Position numbers and translations under genes: made by a program. Under the pieces are notes generated by a model that saw only the letters and a list, made by a program, of their open reading frames with translations, did not search any database and was not told the DNA's origin. Shown piece by piece: positions 38,490-52,113 of a DNA stretch of 64,000 nt. This DNA is from Patescibacteria group bacterium (GTDB taxonomy: Bacteria > Patescibacteriota > WWE3 > UBA101185 > 2-01-FULL-41-18). The stretch's first letter is position 1. Every line of letters starts with the position of its first letter. Where the stretch lies: assembly GCA_038064575.1 (NCBI GenBank), contig JBBTST010000001.1, positions 99,650-163,649 of the forward strand, read 5' to 3'.

Positions 38490-38646
38490 ATAAAAACCTA
38501 GAGCTTACGCAGATTTTTTTACTCAGAAACACGCGCTTAGCACTCTGTTTTTCCCTTCAGACCAACTTAAACATAAAGACAATACCGCTTCTAAGTTATT
38601 AAATCAAGCTTTTTGTTGGTTCTTTACCGCTTTTTTAATAAAAAAC

Positions 38647-40257
38647 TTACTTAGCTGTATCAGAGTACCTTGTTTCTCTGATAACTGTTACCTTCACTGT
38701 TCCGGGATAAGTTTGTTCAAGTTCAATCTTTTTGGCTATCTCGCGGGCTAAAAGTGCGCTTGAGGAGTCATCCACTCTCTCAGGCTTCACAAAAATCCTA
38801 ACCTCACGCCCAGCCGATATTGCATAAGCCTTCTCAATACCATCAAAAGAAGTTGCGGCTGCCTCAAGGTCTCGCATTCGCTTAACATATGCTTCATAAT
38901 CCTCACTTCTTGCTCCGGGCCTTGCACCGCTAATAGAGTCCGCAATATGCACAACAACGGACTCAAGAGAAGAAAAAGGTTTGTCCTCATGGTGTTCCGC
39001 AACACAGTTGATAACCGAATCCAAAACTTTAAATTTCTTGAGCAAGTCAACTCCAAGCTGAACGTGTGTGCCTTCTTCATCAGTAACAATCTTTCCAATG
39101 TCATGGAACAAACAACCAAGTCTTACTATATTGACATCAAGCTTGAGTTCACTTGCTAGCTGAATTCCCAGTTTTGTTTCTTCAAGAGTATGCTGAATCA
39201 TATTTTGTCCATAAGAAAATCTATATTTGAACTTCCCAAGCATAAAGATCAGATCTTTAGGTAGATTATAAACACCAACTTTGTGGCAAAGCTCTTCTCC
39301 TGCCTTAAAGATTATATGATCTATTTCTTTGGCCGTTCTTTGGACTATTTCCTCAATTTTTGCAGGCTGAATGCGCCCATCAGCTATAAGCCTATCCAAT
39401 GAAACACGAGCAATTTCCCGTCTGATAGGGTCAAAACTTGAAATCCTGACATCAGCGGAGCCTTCCTCCATCTCAAGATTCACGCCCGTTTGCTCCTCAA
39501 AAACCTTTATATTCCTACCTTCTTTACCAATTATTCTCCCCTTTATTTCCTCATCCGGTAATTTTACTTTTGACACTGTGTATTCAACTACATAGTCTGT
39601 AGAAGCATGAAGCATGGAATCAACAATTATTTCTTTTGCTTTTATTTCCGACTCTTGTTTAATTTTTTCTTCAGCCTCTCTTACTCTCTTACTTACCTCC
39701 TGAGAAAGTTCTCTTTCAACTGACAAAATCAGGCTTTTTTTTGCCTCTTCTCTTGTCATCCCTGAAACAGCTTCCAGTTTTTCCACTTGCTGCTTATATA
39801 CAGTTTCCAAATCATTCAGTCTATTTTGTGCTTTCCCTTCTTTAGCAATAATTTCATGCTCATGCCTATCAATATCTGATATTTTTTTATCAAGGGTTTC
39901 TTGCCTTACGTCAATCCTTTTTTCAAGCTCCATTGCTTCTTGTCTTATCTTCCTGGATTCCTCCTCCGACTGTCTTTTTATTTTTAGAGCATCATCTCTT
40001 GCTTCTAGAACTATTTCTCTTGCCTTGTTGTGAGCGTCAATTACTACCTGTTCTTTGCTCACCTGCTCTGATCTGGGCTCTTGCAGAATTGACTTTACTT
40101 CCTCTATCTTTTTTCCTTCCGACTTTTCTATTGTCTCGGCTTTTTCCGGCAGTGTAGATGGCAGTAAGCTATCTTTCTTATTTCTTAGACTTAAATAAAA
40201 CATGCCACCAACACTCCCAAGCGTGGTTACTATTAAGACGAGTTCTAAAACAGACAT
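38647..40257 (-). CDS. rny: Ribonuclease Y
   Basis: N-terminal TM, coiled coil, KH 'KGRIIGKEGRNI', HD 'HDIGK', 'SGARPGAR'. Confidence 0.95.
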   Translation of the reverse strand: MSVLELVLIVTTLGSVGGMFYLSLRNKKDSLLPSTLPEKAETIEKSEGKKIEEVKSILQEPRSEQVSKEQVVIDAHNKAREIVLEARDDALKIKRQSEEESRKIRQEAMELEKRIDVRQETLDKKISDIDRHEHEIIAKEGKAQNRLNDLETVYKQQVEKLEAVSGMTREEAKKSLILSVERELSQEVSKRVREAEEKIKQESEIKAKEIIVDSMLHASTDYVVEYTVSKVKLPDEEIKGRIIGKEGRNIKVFEEQTGVNLEMEEGSADVRISSFDPIRREIARVSLDRLIADGRIQPAKIEEIVQRTAKEIDHIIFKAGEELCHKVGVYNLPKDLIFMLGKFKYRFSYGQNMIQHTLEETKLGIQLASELKLDVNIVRLGCLFHDIGKIVTDEEGTHVQLGVDLLKKFKVLDSVINCVAEHHEDKPFSSLESVVVHIADSISGARPGARSEDYEAYVKRMRDLEAAATSFDGIEKAYAISAGREVRIFVKPERVDDSSSALLAREIAKKIELEQTYPGTVKVTVIRETRYSDTAK

Positions 40258-40400
40258 ATATTTCCTCCTATACTAAATACACTTTAATTTTTTGCGATTT
40301 AAAACAAAATAGAGGAAAAAACGAGCCCTCACCAAAAGGGTCTTTAACTTAAAAACAAGTAGTAGTTCTTTGGTTATTTGCTTGTAGATTAATAATTAGT

Positions 40401-41108
40401 CTAGTCATTGTTTTTTGCCAAAAATATTTTGTCTAAATCAGCCCTATTGTATTTTCTTTTGATTATTGTGTCAACCACGCTAAAAACCTGAGATGGAGGA
40501 AAACCTCTTCTTAATAAGAAACTGCATAACCTACGCCTAAGTTTTGGCAGATCTTCCGCTTTCACACTATCTATGGCCTTAAGCCTTACCAAAACCAAAT
40601 CCTCAAGTATTTGGTTGCTTGAATTGCCTTCTTCTTCCAAAATTTTCTCTATCAGTGGTTTTGGAATTCCTTTTTTTAAAAGTTCCATTTTGATGCGAGT
40701 TTTTCCAATGGGTTTTTTTGCATCTAATTTAGTTGAGGCATAAATTTTGGCAAAGTTCTCATCATCAATAAGTCTTAAGGCTGCTAATTTTTGAAGCAGC
40801 TGGGCTTTAAGGTCCTCTTTTTCTGAAGAGGATAACTTGATATCCTCTTTAAGTAGCATATTTAGCTTTTTTTCAACTTCCGCTTTTGTCCTCAGTCTAA
40901 AAGATAAAAAATTAAGAGCCCTTGAAAAATAATAAGAAGATGTAGCTTTAGTTACATATAAATGTCTCTGCTCTTCTGAAAGAGTTAACCCAACCTTAAG
41001 TTTTTCTTTAACTAAGTCATCATTAAGAAGTGTAAAAGCCAAGCTGTCATCTACATATACATTAAAGTAACCCTTCCTATAGCTTTTTTCTATTTTTGTA
41101 ATTAGCAT
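40401..41108 (-). CDS. recX: Regulatory protein RecX
   Basis: 'ALNFLSFRLRT..EV..KL', 'IDDENFA', 'IKMELLKKGI', 'FLLRRGF'; follows recA. Confidence 0.9.
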   Translation of the reverse strand: MLITKIEKSYRKGYFNVYVDDSLAFTLLNDDLVKEKLKVGLTLSEEQRHLYVTKATSSYYFSRALNFLSFRLRTKAEVEKKLNMLLKEDIKLSSSEKEDLKAQLLQKLAALRLIDDENFAKIYASTKLDAKKPIGKTRIKMELLKKGIPKPLIEKILEEEGNSSNQILEDLVLVRLKAIDSVKAEDLPKLRRRLCSFLLRRGFPPSQVFSVVDTIIKRKYNRADLDKIFLAKNND

Positions 41109-41111
41109 TGA

Positions 41112-42155
41112 TTATTCTTTTTCGACTTCTTCGTTTCCTACCTCAAGAGGGGCCGAAACACCTTTTTTAACGGCATCTCTGATCTTTTTTTCTATTTCTG
41201 TTGCCAGTTTGCCGTTACTCTTTAACAATTCTTTAGCTGCCTCCCGACCCTGAGAAAGTTTTTGTCCTTCATACTCATACCAGGAACCGCTTTTTTTGAT
41301 AACCCCAAGTTCCACCCCAACATCTATTAGATTTCCAACCTTACTAATACCTTCAGAAAACATGATGTCAAATTCTGCAGTCCTAAAGGGAGGGGCAACT
41401 TTGTTTTTTACAACTTTGACTTTCACCCTGTTACCCATAACTTTATCTCCTTCTTTAATAGATTCAATTCTTCTTATTTCAAGTCTTACGGAAGCGTAGA
41501 ATTTAAGCGCTCTTCCACCCGGGGTTGTTTCCGGATTGCCAAACATTACTCCAATCTTTTCTCTAATTTGATTTGTGAAAATAACCAGACAATTTGATTT
41601 GCTTGTAGCACCTGTAATTTTTCTTAAAGCTTGACTCATAAGGCGGGCCTGAAGACCTATAAACTGATCTCCCATTTCCCCCTCAATTTCACTTCTTGGA
41701 ACCAAAGCTGCCACCGAATCAATAGCCACAACGTCAACCGCATTTGATCTGATCAAAGTTTCTGCTATTTCAAGCGCCTGTTCCCCCGTATCCGGTTGAG
41801 AAACCAACAAATCCTCAACATTTACTCCAGTCTTATGGGCATAAACAGGATCAAAAGCGTGTTCTGCATCAATCAGAGCTGCCGTACCTCCGGCTTTCTG
41901 TGCTTCTGCAATTATGTGTTGAACAAGGGTTGTTTTACCGCTTGATTCCGGACCAAAGATTTCTATTATTCTGCCTCTTGGAACCCCGCCAACACCAAGA
42001 GCAAGATCAAGCGCAATAGATCCTGTTGGAATAACTTGAATGTCTTTTGTGGAAGCTCCCTCCCCAAGTTTCATAATTGCGCCTTTACCAAAATTTTTTT
42101 CTATCTGGGCCATAGCAGACTGAAGAGCTAAAAGCTTATCTTTATCAACTGACAT
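41112..42155 (-). CDS. recA: Recombinase RecA
   Basis: 'GPESSGKTT', 'DAEHAFD', '[11 protein letters not shown]', '[10 protein letters not shown]'. Confidence 0.98.
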   Translation of the reverse strand: MSVDKDKLLALQSAMAQIEKNFGKGAIMKLGEGASTKDIQVIPTGSIALDLALGVGGVPRGRIIEIFGPESSGKTTLVQHIIAEAQKAGGTAALIDAEHAFDPVYAHKTGVNVEDLLVSQPDTGEQALEIAETLIRSNAVDVVAIDSVAALVPRSEIEGEMGDQFIGLQARLMSQALRKITGATSKSNCLVIFTNQIREKIGVMFGNPETTPGGRALKFYASVRLEIRRIESIKEGDKVMGNRVKVKVVKNKVAPPFRTAEFDIMFSEGISKVGNLIDVGVELGVIKKSGSWYEYEGQKLSQGREAAKELLKSNGKLATEIEKKIRDAVKKGVSAPLEVGNEEVEKE

Positions 42156-42178
42156 ACCTTACTTTCTGGGGCAAATAC

Positions 42179-42221
42179 TAATACTAATGAGTATTATAGT
42201 GTTTTTGGGAGGCTTTGTCTA
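42179..42221 (-). promoter_or_regulatory. recA sigma70 promoter with overlapping palindrome
   Basis: TAGACA-17-TATAAT; TAATACT-N4-AGTATTA at 42179-42196. Confidence 0.55.
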
Positions 42222-42306
42222 TACTTTTACAAAAATAAAGAGGAAAACTGAAGTAAATAGATTTAACGAAATATGGTATATTTCAAATCGATGCAAAAAA
42301 GTCTTT

Positions 42307-42383
42307 CGGGGTGTGGCGCAGTTGGCTAGCGCACCAGTATGGGGTACTGGGGGTCGGAGGTTCGAGTCCTCTCACCCCGACCA
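42307..42383 (+). tRNA. tRNA-Pro (anticodon GGG)
   Basis: Cloverleaf CGGGGTG...CACCCCG-ACCA; anticodon arm CCAGT-AT-GGG-GT-ACTGG; T-loop GGTTCGAGT. Confidence 0.97.
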
Positions 42384-42503
42384 TGAGTTTTTCTTACATC
42401 TACAGCAAAATTATAGGGACCGTGGGAGACTATTGAACCAAGATTATTTGAGAATAGATTAACAAATACCAGATAAAGTTGTGAATTAAGTTATAATTTA
42501 AAC

Positions 42504-42860
42504 ATGACTATTGAGGCTCCTTCATTTGAAAAATGTACAAACTTTGGAGACCAGAAAGCAACTCTTCCAATTGAAAATCACAAAGCCTTCTCCAATCCAG
42601 AACGGCCCATCCACCAAGGCGCCTTTACTTCTGTAATCGAAATTGGTGAGGTTAAATTCTTTGATACATACCCTATAAACAAGATTCAGGAGTTCACGCG
42701 CGACAACGAGTTTGTCCCAAAAGTTACGAAGGTATTAAGGGAGGGGACGTATGAGGACTTAATCGCTTTGGCGGGTGAGCAGGACACAAAAGAAGGGGTT
42801 GGTAGAAGACAGATAATTCAATATTTAAGTTTATTGAAGTACCTGGGAGCCGATTTTTGA
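42504..42860 (+). CDS. Hypothetical protein
   Basis: 118 aa ORF with TATAAT just upstream; no recognised motif. Confidence 0.55.
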   Translation: MTIEAPSFEKCTNFGDQKATLPIENHKAFSNPERPIHQGAFTSVIEIGEVKFFDTYPINKIQEFTRDNEFVPKVTKVLREGTYEDLIALAGEQDTKEGVGRRQIIQYLSLLKYLGADF

Positions 42861-42899
42861 GCTATAGTATTTCAAAACATAGAGAGAGGCAAAAAAAAC

Positions 42900-43544
42900 T
42901 TACTGCACGGAAAAATTTGGTATTACAACCTCCTTTCCTTCCTCTAAAATTTTGTCTTGGGAAACGGTAGAAAGAAGCGGGTTTGAGGCGCCAATAAGCT
43001 GCCATTTCTTTTCACTCCCAAAATATCTAAGAGCCAGGGACTTTAGAGTCTTTGGAGTATTTTCATTTTTTACAAAGTATGAAAATGTGTTTGACCAGTT
43101 TTTAATGGGTATACCAAACCAAGGCTTAAAAACCATTAGTTTCAACACTTTTTTAGTAATATCTCTAAGTTCAAAATGAAGATGGGGTTCAGTTGTAGCC
43201 TCCCCTGTGTTTCCTGATAATGCAATCACATGCCCACTTGCCACCTTTTCACCAAGAGAAACTTTAAACTTACTCAAATGAGCATATAAAGCTACAATGT
43301 TCCCATTTCTGATCCCAATAACATTTCCCATACCCTTATGGTTCTCAAGTCTTACAACAACTCCCTCAAAGGAAGCCTTAACCTCAGCTCCAATCTGCAG
43401 ACCAAAATCAACTCCTGGATGGAGATTATCAAAAAGCTTATAGAAGCTGCCTCTCTTGGGATGGTTAGTATTATCAAACCAGAACTCTTGGATTACATTA
43501 AACCTGGATTCTACCGGCAAACTAAGAACCGGACTTTGTTTCAT
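42900..43544 (-). CDS. M23 peptidase with C-terminal LysM-like domain
   Basis: 'HPGVDF', 'YAHLS', 'SGNTG..T.PHLHFE'; 'TL..LA.RYFG....W..I..SN'. Confidence 0.85.
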   Translation of the reverse strand: MKQSPVLSLPVESRFNVIQEFWFDNTNHPKRGSFYKLFDNLHPGVDFGLQIGAEVKASFEGVVVRLENHKGMGNVIGIRNGNIVALYAHLSKFKVSLGEKVASGHVIALSGNTGEATTEPHLHFELRDITKKVLKLMVFKPWFGIPIKNWSNTFSYFVKNENTPKTLKSLALRYFGSEKKWQLIGASNPLLSTVSQDKILEEGKEVVIPNFSVQ

Positions 43545-43624
43545 GAGGCTTAGTTTACTATATTTTTAAAAGTTTGGGGGTCAAGCCTTTGCCTTAAGCT
43601 AAACCCCCAGAAGTACGTTGCCTC

Positions 43625-43888
43625 TCACTTGATATGAAGTTTCTCTTTGAATTTCTGTACTGCCCAGTGAAGCAGATAGAGGGGAACAAGAACCAAAAAA
43701 AAGATTATGGTTCCTGCCCATGTTCCTCCTGCCACCGCAAAAGCAAAGAGAATTATTGCCACCAGAAGTAAAGCAAACGGCGGGTACAGCAGTTTCTCTG
43801 GTAAGCTTAGCTCCAGATCTTGTGAGGACACATGGACAACCTCTACCAGTGTAACCTCTTCCTCATCATGCAATTTGTCTTGAGACAT
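43625..43888 (-). CDS. Small two-TM membrane protein
   Basis: SD AGGAG before MSQDK; two hydrophobic segments. Confidence 0.6.
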   Translation of the reverse strand: MSQDKLHDEEEVTLVEVVHVSSQDLELSLPEKLLYPPFALLLVAIILFAFAVAGGTWAGTIIFFLVLVPLYLLHWAVQKFKEKLHIK

Positions 43889-44032
43889 TTCAACTCCTAC
43901 CTTCAATTAGAGATATTTTTCCCTTTTGTAAATACAAATAGTACTACTAGAGGGCAAACTTTGCAACCTATAGCATTAATTGCTGTTAGAGCCTCTGTTA
44001 GAAAAACTTTTAAGGCATCTGTTCTCAACTTT

Positions 44033-44704
44033 TCAACTGGGCAAAAGTCTAAGTAGCTCTACGGCTCTTTTAGGATCCCCCCTACCAACCGGAAAATAAC
44101 AGGGAATAATCTTGAAATTATCTCCTACCAAGTTAGTGTTAAAAGTTTCAAGCAGCCTTAGTTTAATTGAAGCATCAAAGTAATCTCTAAGCTTTATATC
44201 CAACCCGGTCAACGCTTTGAATGGGATCAACCCAAAAGTAACAATATAAGACGGCTTAACTATCTCAAGTTCTTTTTTTAATAAGGGTAAAAAAAGCCTA
44301 ACCTTTTGACTATCAGGAAGGTCTGCATTTTCACCTGTCCATTTAACAATATTGGTAAAATAAAACCCCCTAGCACTTAAATGCGAATAAACTTTATCTG
44401 CAAAATCAACGCTCCAAATTTTTGTCTTTTCTATTTCCTGCAGTAATGAGTTATCAAAATGCCCTGCCTTATTAAAAATTCGCCAGATATATTTGGTCCC
44501 TGTCCATGGCCTTCTTTTACCAACCCAAGAGGGGTCAGAAGATATGTTTTTGTATGTGGGGTTGATAAACACAAACATAAATTTTGGTCTAGACAGCCTT
44601 CCCCCGCCCAAGATAGGTTCCAAAGTACTATTTGGAAAATTTTTAAGCTGCAGCGCTTTTGTATAGACCCACAGATCCTCTAATAGGGTAATTTTCTCAA
44701 GCAT
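44033..44704 (-). CDS. Uracil-DNA glycosylase superfamily protein
   Basis: 'FMFVFINP', 'FYFTNIVK', 'KELEIVKP.YIVTFG', 'IIPCYFP'. Confidence 0.7.
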   Translation of the reverse strand: MLEKITLLEDLWVYTKALQLKNFPNSTLEPILGGGRLSRPKFMFVFINPTYKNISSDPSWVGKRRPWTGTKYIWRIFNKAGHFDNSLLQEIEKTKIWSVDFADKVYSHLSARGFYFTNIVKWTGENADLPDSQKVRLFLPLLKKELEIVKPSYIVTFGLIPFKALTGLDIKLRDYFDASIKLRLLETFNTNLVGDNFKIIPCYFPVGRGDPKRAVELLRLLPS

Positions 44705-44737
44705 AGGCTATTTCAATTGTATAAGCTTTTAACAACT

Positions 44738-44869
44738 CTACTTTTTTTTATCAAGCTGTCTCCAAAGCCAAATTCCAACAAGAACAAGATCAACAAACAA
44801 AACAGTCCAGAAAAGAAAACCAACTAAGCCAAACAAAGAATATGAACCGTTTCCATAATATCCCATCAT
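44738..44869 (-). CDS. Small single-TM protein (43 aa, MMGYYGNGS...GIWLWRQLDKKK), absent from ORF track
   Basis: SD AAGGGGGTG, Gly/Tyr N-terminus, TM helix, basic tail. Confidence 0.7.
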   Translation of the reverse strand: MMGYYGNGSYSLFGLVGFLFWTVLFVDLVLVGIWLWRQLDKKK

Positions 44870-44994
44870 CTAACATCACCCCCTTACTCTCTATAGTATA
44901 GCTCACAGCTTTATTAAAATTCCACAAATGCTGAAATAGAGTATTATTAACATGTGACAGTGAATGTACACTCTCTCATAAGTAAATATAAAAC

Positions 44995-47541
<2,547 letters not shown>

Positions 47542-47564
<23 letters not shown>

Positions 47565-49026
47565 AAAGTTTAGTAAATGTAATCATGAAGTTCTCTATTT
47601 CTTTAACCATTACTTTTTCTGTGTCTTCTTTAAGTTTTGTTTCCTTCCTAAGAGTTTCAGTGAGAGCTCTACAATGGGTTTTTAGGTGTTCTAAAAATTT
47701 ATGTTTCCAGGTTTCAATATCTTTATCTTCAACCAAATCCAAATAACCGCGGATTGCAGCAAACACAAACATGATTTGCTCAGGCGTTTCATAAAGAGTT
47801 GTTAAGTCTTGCTTTAAAAGCTGCATCATTTTAAATCCTCTGATAAGTTTATTTTTTGTTTCCAAATCAAGATCTGAACCAAACTGAGAAAAAGCTTCTA
47901 ACTCTCTAAACAAAGCAAGATCAAGTTTTAGAGAACCTGCAATTTTTTTCATAATTGGGGTTTGAGCAGCCCCACCAACTCTTGAGACAGACAAACCCAC
48001 ATTTAAGGCCGGCTTTTGCCCAAGATTAAAAAGCTGAGAGTCCAAAAAAATCTGGCCGTCTGTTATTGAAATTACATTTGTTGGCACAAAAGACGCCACA
48101 TCTCCGGCTTGAGTTTCAATAATAGGAAGGGAAGTTATAGAACCTCCCCCAAACTCATCAGAAAGCTGCGCCGATCTTTCCAAAAGCCTTGAATGTAAAT
48201 AAAACACGTCCCCAGGAAAAGCTTCACGCCCGGCAGGTCTTCCAAGTAAAAGAGAAACTTCTCTATAGCTTTCTGCATGCTTTGTAAGATCATCATAAAC
48301 CACCAAAACGTCTCTTCCTTTATGGGCAAAATACTCTGCAATCGCAGTTCCCGTATAGGGTGCAAGGTAATTTATTGAGGCCGGATCTGAAGAAGTCCCT
48401 GCAACCACACAGGTATAAGAAATGGCACCGCTTATTTTAAGTGTTTCTATAAACTGGGCAACCTTACTTGCTTTCTGCCCAATTGACACATACACACAAA
48501 TCACGTTTTTATCTTTTTGATTGAGAATGGCACTTAGACAAAACGCGCTCTTGCCTGTTTTTCTATCTCCAATAACAAGCTGTCTTTGCCCTTTACCAAC
48601 AGGCACCAAGGCGTCAATAGCCAAAACTCCTGTACTAAGAGGTCTAAAGATATTTTTTCTTTGAATTACGGAAGGAGCTTGCTGCTCAAGAGCCATTTCT
48701 TCCCCCTCAGACTTAAAATGCTCATAGGAAAACAAAGGCTCACCCAAAGGATCAATTGTTTTACCTAAAATATTATCTGAAACAATAACGCTAAGATGCT
48801 TCCCCGTTGTCTCAACCAGGTCACCTGTTTTTAAATTTCTATAATTTCCCAAAATCATGACCCCAACTTCATCTTCTCTCAAACTCATCACAAGCCCTTT
48901 ATAGTCCCTGCCTGTTGAAGTGTTCTTTATCCTTACAACTTCATTAAAAAATGCCTCAGAAAGTCCATTGCAAAAGGCTACTCCGTCAAATAACTTTTGA
49001 ATCCTTCCTGTGCTTTTAAACTTCAT
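47542..49026 (-). CDS. atpA: ATP synthase alpha subunit
   Basis: 'GKGQRQLVIGDRKTGKS', 'YDDLTKHA', 'GREAFPGDVFYLHSRLLER'. Confidence 0.97.
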
Positions 49027-49358
49027 AACAGTCCTGAAATACTAAAATCCAAAACTTTATCATTTTCTCTTACTATTATTCCGGATGACACCACGTCATC
49101 TAAAGAAAACAAAAGTATCAAATTTTTCTCTGAAAATTTTTCACAAATTAAACTTTTGTATTTGTCATCAAGAGGTTTACCGGATACTACTTCTAAGACT
49201 TTTAAAGAGCCATTTAGAATCTTGGCGTAATAATCTTCTATTTTTTCAAGATCTAAATCTTTTGAAATCCTCAGGAAGCGTAAAAATTTAAGGGTCTGAT
49301 CCTTGGACTTGTCTTTTGACAATAAATATATTTTTGCGGCTGCTTCCTTTTCTTGCAT
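49023..49358 (-). CDS. atpH: ATP synthase delta subunit (short)
   Basis: Position between atpF and atpA; C-terminal 'DD.VSSGIIVR..DKVLDFS'. Confidence 0.75.
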   Translation of the reverse strand: MQEKEAAAKIYLLSKDKSKDQTLKFLRFLRISKDLDLEKIEDYYAKILNGSLKVLEVVSGKPLDDKYKSLICEKFSEKNLILLFSLDDVVSSGIIVRENDKVLDFSISGLL

Positions 49359-49359
49359 A

Positions 49360-49830
49360 TCATATCTTATCTACAACTTTTTCAAGATTTACATCAATTA
49401 AACCTTGTCTTGCCATAGATTCAATCTTCTCATTCACTCTTTCTTCCAGAAGCTTCTCAAAGTCTTTTTTTTCTTCCTCAATTTTTGCCCGCCTTACATC
49501 TTCCGCTTCAAAAATTATTTCCTTTGCCTTTTTTTTAGCGTCACTTAAAATTATCCCTTTTTCTTTGTCTCCCTCTTTGCGGGCAAGCTCAACTATCATT
49601 AAAGCCTCTTTTTTTGCGTTTTCCAAGAGATCCTCCTGTTTTTTTTGACCTAAGGTAAGAGCACTGTCCGCCTGAATATACATTTGCTCACCTTTTTTCA
49701 AAGATTCTTCCCGCTCGCCAACTACTTTCATAAGTTTAACAATCAAAAGTTTATGGATAGCAAGCCACATGACAAAAAAAAGCATGGAGTATATTGCAAT
49801 ATTTACAAGGTTGATGCCAAGTTCTTCCAT
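49360..49830 (-). CDS. atpF: ATP synthase subunit b
   Basis: 'LGIN' plus TM plus coiled coil; operon position. Confidence 0.88.
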   Translation of the reverse strand: MEELGINLVNIAIYSMLFFVMWLAIHKLLIVKLMKVVGEREESLKKGEQMYIQADSALTLGQKKQEDLLENAKKEALMIVELARKEGDKEKGIILSDAKKKAKEIIFEAEDVRRAKIEEEKKDFEKLLEERVNEKIESMARQGLIDVNLEKVVDKI

Positions 49831-49834
49831 AAAA

Positions 49835-50065
<231 letters not shown>

Positions 50066-50083
50066 CTAATGATAAAGACTAAA

Positions 50084-50881
50084 CTAGTGTTTCTCAATAG
50101 CAAGACTTATAAAAACGCAAGTTAACACAAAGAATACAAAAGCCTGCACAAGGGAAACAAATACTTCCAAAGCAAAAAATGGAAGTGTGGCAAGCCCAAA
50201 AGTGATGCTGGTTATCACAAGGAGCAACACTTCCCCCGCAAATATATTCCCAAAAAGTCTAAAGGAGAAAGAAATAATTTTCCCAAACTCTGAAATAAGT
50301 TCCATAAGGCCTACAACAAAAGCCATAAATGATGAAAAATTTATATATTTTTTTAAATAAGCCAAACCTAAAAATTTGAAGCCTAAAATGTTTGTGGCCA
50401 TGACTGAAATGAGAGCAAGAGCCAAAGTAAAGGAGATGTCAGAGGATGGTGCTCTGAAAAGAGGTTTGAAATCTTGCGCTTTTGAAACCTGAAAGCTTTG
50501 TGTAAAGTAACAATCTTTGGATTTTATACAGTTTTGTACGGAAGTAAAGACTCCTTCCGTTTTAATAAAACCAAGCGAATGAATAAAAGGGAGAAGACCA
50601 AATAGATTTGAAAAAAGGATAAAAAATAAGAAAGTAATAAGAAAGGAGATTATTTTAACGCTTTCAGTGTGCACTATACCTTCAAGCATTACTATAAGCC
50701 CAAAGACGATATATTCCAAAAGATGCTGAGTCTTTGAAGCTTTGAAAGCTTTAACTGAAAGGGAAAATATAAACAAGACTGCTACAAGAACTGCAAAAAT
50801 TACAAAAGCAGATAAAAGTGAATTGGTAACAGATATGAAACCTAGTTTAAAAAGAACCTCAGGGGCAAGGCTTATATGCAT
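50084..50881 (-). CDS. atpB: ATP synthase subunit a
   Basis: 'SNLFGLLP', 'SFRLFGNIFAGEV', 'QAFVF'; start taken at MHISLAPE. Confidence 0.93.
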   Translation of the reverse strand: MHISLAPEVLFKLGFISVTNSLLSAFVIFAVLVAVLFIFSLSVKAFKASKTQHLLEYIVFGLIVMLEGIVHTESVKIISFLITFLFFILFSNLFGLLPFIHSLGFIKTEGVFTSVQNCIKSKDCYFTQSFQVSKAQDFKPLFRAPSSDISFTLALALISVMATNILGFKFLGLAYLKKYINFSSFMAFVVGLMELISEFGKIISFSFRLFGNIFAGEVLLLVITSITFGLATLPFFALEVFVSLVQAFVFFVLTCVFISLAIEKH

Positions 50882-51002
50882 ACTACAAATAGTAAGACAC
50901 CAGACAAACTTTAACAATAAAAGATAGGGCAAAGTGCTTTTTATAGTTATTTCAGAAGATTGAGTAATTCTAAATCCCAACCTCCTGAAACAACCTGTAC
51001 TC

Positions 51003-51755
51003 TTATAGATATGGCCAAAATAACCATAAAATTCTATAGAGTAGTACAAAAACCAGAAAGAGGCTGATAAAACTTATCCACTTAAGCCGCTCTCTCCCAA
51101 AAACAGCCGTCAACCCACAGGCTAGTACAAACAAGGGGATATTAATACCAAGCCACAGCATTGGGTGACCACTTTGGGGGTATAACCCAGTCATAGCAAT
51201 GGTAACCAAAGAAAGGATTGCTGTGGATAACCCCACAAAATTTCTAAGTCTTCTGGGAATCTCCATCTTAACCAAATTTCCCTCAATTACTCCTACTCCC
51301 CACGCACCTAATAAAAATGCAAGGAAGAGGATTAAAGCTAGCCCCGGCAGCTTATGTTCAACTCTCCCCCAATCAAGAGCATAAAAAGCCTGTTGAACAC
51401 CCATATCCCCCATCAGCATCCAAAGAACTACCATTTCCACTATGTAAGCACCCGTAAGGAGGAAGAGTAGAGTTCCAAAAGGCTTGGATCCTATTTTTAG
51501 ATGCATTGCCCCTGCAGCACAACTGGTTGCCACAACAAAGACCTTGATTGGCATCCAAAACATCTTGGGAAGCTGAAAGACTAGCTCCAAGGGGGTCGCT
51601 AAAAGAGTCAGTACGGCAGCTGCCAAAAGCAAGGCTATTACACCCTTGGGCAAGGTTTCGTTCCTGACGCTTACTGTAACCAAACCAATCCCCATAGCAC
51701 CACCCAAGAGCAGCACTAACAGGACCGGCAAGGCGCTAACTGTTTGTGAAAACAT
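51003..51755 (-). CDS. Hypothetical polytopic membrane protein
   Basis: About 8 hydrophobic segments; SD AAGGAG. Confidence 0.65.
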   Translation of the reverse strand: MFSQTVSALPVLLVLLLGGAMGIGLVTVSVRNETLPKGVIALLLAAAVLTLLATPLELVFQLPKMFWMPIKVFVVATSCAAGAMHLKIGSKPFGTLLFLLTGAYIVEMVVLWMLMGDMGVQQAFYALDWGRVEHKLPGLALILFLAFLLGAWGVGVIEGNLVKMEIPRRLRNFVGLSTAILSLVTIAMTGLYPQSGHPMLWLGINIPLFVLACGLTAVFGRERLKWISFISLFLVFVLLYRILWLFWPYL

Positions 51756-51832
51756 TGTCTGTTTCTCCTTTTTTGTAGATTTTTCATTAACTTAAGCCAA
51801 AAACCCAAAAATAGCAAATTGGTTAAAACATA

Positions 51833-51861
51833 TTGACTTTCGTCTTATATTTGGTTATTAA
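51833..51861 (+). promoter_or_regulatory. Promoter of the dinB operon (likely leaderless transcript)
   Basis: TTGACT-17-TATTAA with the GTG start 6 nt downstream. Confidence 0.5.
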
Positions 51862-51867
51862 CAGCTA

Positions 51868-52113
51868 GTGTATGAAGAAGTAAATGCAAAAATAAAAGTG
51901 GCGGGGGTGTATGAAAATAACTTATTTTGGCCGCGTAAATTTGTCTGGAATGGAAAACTTTATGAAATAGAGCAAATTACACTAACAAGCGAATTAAGAG
52001 ATGCAGGAGTCAAAAAACGCCTCTATAGTGTACTCTCCAAGGGCACTGTGTACAGACTTCTATTTAACAGAGATAATGAAACCTGGTTTTTAAGGGCTCT
52101 GTGGCTGGACTGA
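51868..52113 (+). CDS. Small accessory protein of Y-family polymerase cassette (DUF6504-like)
   Basis: 'WPRKFVWNGKLYEI..I...YSV....VYRL.F....TWFL'; overlaps the dinB start. Confidence 0.7.
   Translation: MYEEVNAKIKVAGVYENNLFWPRKFVWNGKLYEIEQITLTSELRDAGVKKRLYSVLSKGTVYRLLFNRDNETWFLRALWLD

Noticed and set aside
42187-42462. 91-aa plus-strand ORF
   Set aside because: It spans tRNA-Pro and the divergent promoters.
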